Under the pieces are notes generated by a model, which was not told the DNA's origin, searched no databases, and saw nothing but the letters and a program-made list of their open reading frames with translations. A stretch of 64,000 bases of DNA, from the NCBI GenBank assembly GCA_973895155.1, contig OZ316891.1, positions 7,619,808 to 7,683,807 on the forward strand, read 5' to 3'. Both the position numbers and the translations under genes were made by a program. This document shows, piece by piece, positions 61,301 through 64,000 of the stretch (positions are counted from its first letter, which is position 1; each line of letters opens with the position of its first letter). Source of the stretch: Marsupella aquatica. Its lineage: Eukaryota; Plantae; Marchantiophyta.

Positions 61301-63775
61301 TTCGTTAAGAAGTTCCACGAAGAGATGGAGCGGAGAAGGAAGACCTTGTACATTGGTAGAAAAGCATACTTCGCAAGCCACATCAAGATTATCATCGAAT
61401 GGTATGCCAGTTTTGACCGCCGAAGCCTTCCTTGTTGCAACGAGACGGAATTGACTTTGTCAAAGTGGGTATTCCCAGCTCTGGAGAGGCAACCACAGCC
61501 CAAAGCGTGGCAGCCGCAGGACCTGCTTCTCCGGCCCTGCAACCAGCCACTACCGCCCCACCAAGCGTACCCATGGACGCAGTTATTGCGATCTTGGAAG
61601 CGATCAACCGGGTCAATGCAATCGAAGTCGGGCCGGCTGAGGCCGGACCCAAACCCGACACTACATTGGTCGAGGAGATTTTGCCACCCCCCACGGCCGT
61701 GCAGGAGAACCGCCTGGTGGAACCAACCCCTTCGACCGACTTACCTCAAGGGTTGGATGTTTCCACTCCTACTCCCTCGCAGGCTCGGGTCTGCCCATGC
61801 CCGAATCCAGATGGACATATTCTAGACCATCCGGAACTCTTTGCGTCGGGCACATTTCTGAACGGGTTGTTGGGAGATTTCTTGCAACAGATCTCATGGG
61901 ATACCGGGGAATACATGGCACGGAAGGTGGCCTACTTCTTCAACCAGGAGTTGGTTACGGTTGTAAAGGCAGGACATGCGCAGGCAGAGACAACGCAAAG
62001 AATAGAGCGATATCGGGTTGAGTCTGCCTACCTGAAGGACAAAGTGGCAGCCTAGGAGACTGAACTCCAGCAATTGCAACCTCAGGTAATGGCCACGAAG
62101 GATCAGGTTGCCAAGGCCAGGGCCTGGGTAGCCTTAGCAGAGCAGGCCAGGCTCGGAAAGGACTCCAAGATTGCATGGCTCCGGACCAAGATTGACGGTT
62201 TGAAGGGACAAGCCGTCAGTTGGTAGAAGGATCTGGAGGAAGCTGACTCTCAATCTCAGCAGGACGCAGCCGAGATTGACACCCTGAAGACAGAGGTGGC
62301 ACGGCTTCAAGGAGAGGCCACAAGGCAGGCCCAATTGGTGGATAAGCTGATGAGCGACGTCCAGCAACTGGAGGAGGCATGTTAGGAGGCCGCGGAAGAG
62401 ATAGACGCGGCAAAGCGTGAGAATGAATCTCTGCTAGACCAGGTCCAGCTACTCAAGCAGGATACTGACAGGCTCAGGAGGCAGCGGGATAGCCGCTCCC
62501 ACTTGGGCGGCTCTGGCAAGTGTGCCAGGCATTAGCGGCAGAGTAGGATTAAAATAAAGTTAGGAGTAGCTAAATCGGGCTATAGGGACAAACGCCTACC
62601 CTAGTTAAAGCGGCGCTGCCATACTATCCAGCCTGCGTAGATTAGGATCTTCTAATAAGACAAGCCATTTTCCGGCCTGACAGCCAGCTTAGTTAGGATC
62701 TTAGTTAGCAAATCTATGGACGTGAGGCCGCTCCGGTCCTCAGCCCTTAGTATTTAGTGCACCCCTCAGTAGAGGCAGGGGGTTTTTAGTCTCAGAGTTG
62801 GACATCCGCGGTATGTGCGGGGAATCCCGACCTCTATGAGTGAAAGAGTACCAAGGGGAGGGGGTAAGACTAAGCTTGCTGGGCAAGTGCGGAGCCATCC
62901 TCCATTGTAGTATACACCCTTGGCCTTGGACCTATTCATTCAAGAGCTTTCGGGTCAACTAAGTGTACGTGTATGTCCGCTATGTAAGTAAAATCCTTTC
63001 CCATTATTTCCTTTGTGTAAATTGAGATTGTATGCTTGTGCGTGTGCATACGTGTGAATCTTGTGTATGGATGCCAACGCTTGGCTGAACGCACTACCCG
63101 AACCATGCACTGGGTGCAGCTTGCGGGTAAGTGGTACGTTGCGAGCACGGGTTGAGTAACTGTATTATTGTATCCGGATTGAAGGCGGACAACACAAAGG
63201 CTTAGAAGCCTGTAAGCCAGGGTCGATCCCGCTATCGACTAAGGTACATTTCGGTGGCGGAACACAAACCATACCTAGGAGGTGTCCGTTAATAATAGTA
63301 GACGCACTTAGCGCTAGTTTATGTGAGTTAGGTGCATTCCGTGCTTCCCTCCCTGCCCAAACCCTCATATTTACGAAGGATGTGCCTGTCTAAGCCGAAG
63401 CCCGGGTTAAGGCCTAGGCTGACGACGTGACACCCGTAGGAAATCAATCATTTCTCCAATATGCGGGTTGGTGCAGGTGATTCGGAGGAAGCCATTCTTC
63501 GTTGACGGCCCGAGAAACAATCTAAACTCCTTGTCCGACAAGTTCTTTTGGGTTTCTACTTTAGCCTTGTTGCCCATTGGCGGGCCCATTGGCAAGCCAA
63601 ACACTTCGGCAATCACGTTGGAGGTGAGATAGAAGTCCCTCTCGTAGATCTTTGTGGAGCTGGTCTCGTGGTCCCATTATCCCACAAATTCCAGTAAGTC
63701 CAATTCTGGCACCTCCTTCTTCAGCCACGGTAGGCTTACAAAGGTCCTTAAGCCTGATCCGACCATGAAGCCCTG
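58345..63775 (-). mobile_element. Family A fragment A7 (58345-59517 + 63438-63775), host of the complete B element
   Basis: IGEMIDFLR|VTMYCN is colinear across the B insertion. Confidence 0.85.
59518..63432 (+). mobile_element. Family B TG..CA element, complete (3915 bp), TSD CCCGC/CCCGT
   Basis: tgtgacgccg at 59518 ... cgacgtgaca at 63432; flanks cccgc (59513-59517) and cccgt (63433-63437); decayed ORF ~60400-62550; TATA-like tataaaa at ~59867. Confidence 0.92.
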
Positions 63776-64000
63776 GTGGAAAGATTAGAGATCCACAGAA
63801 CTTGCCAAACCTCATTCCATTCTCTCTTAGAAAGTGTTTCACCCAAATCCTGTTCAATCTAAGAGAATCCAATCCCTTAGTCTACATCATTTCATAGACC
63901 TGGTGATTGGCAAGCCCAAAAGATTTAATAGGGGCATCAATGTCCAGCCATTGCCACAACCGTGTTGGTGCATCCCATTGGCTGCAACAAGAGGTAGAGG
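63776..64000 (-). mobile_element. Probable LINE ORF2 C-terminal fragment
   Basis: Minus strand reads ..LRLNRIW..EWNEVWQVLWISNLST, resembling the L1 region before zf-RVT. Confidence 0.45.

Overview
Land-plant genomic DNA (probably a non-seed plant; inferred, not provable here), almost entirely nested transposable elements. It is dominated by three related families (A, B, C) of ~3.9-4.7 kb units that start TG, end CA and have 5-bp target-site duplications. They show no internal direct repeats and no gag/pol, but each carries one long ORF with a plant-mobile-domain (PMD)-like core plus a coiled coil. They are either giant protein-coding solo LTRs or LTR-less units moved by an integrase, and they nest four deep at 14394-30330. 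Also present: an ~820-bp inverted repeat enclosing a lone ABCG/PDR last exon, two decayed Ty3/gypsy pol regions (one with a C-terminal PHD finger), LINE fragments and two MITEs. A PIF/Harbinger element is interrupted by a CACTA element carrying EDM2-like PHD, tandem BRCT and F-box-like ORFs upstream of its transposase. Domain calls are from motif recognition by eye, not database searches.
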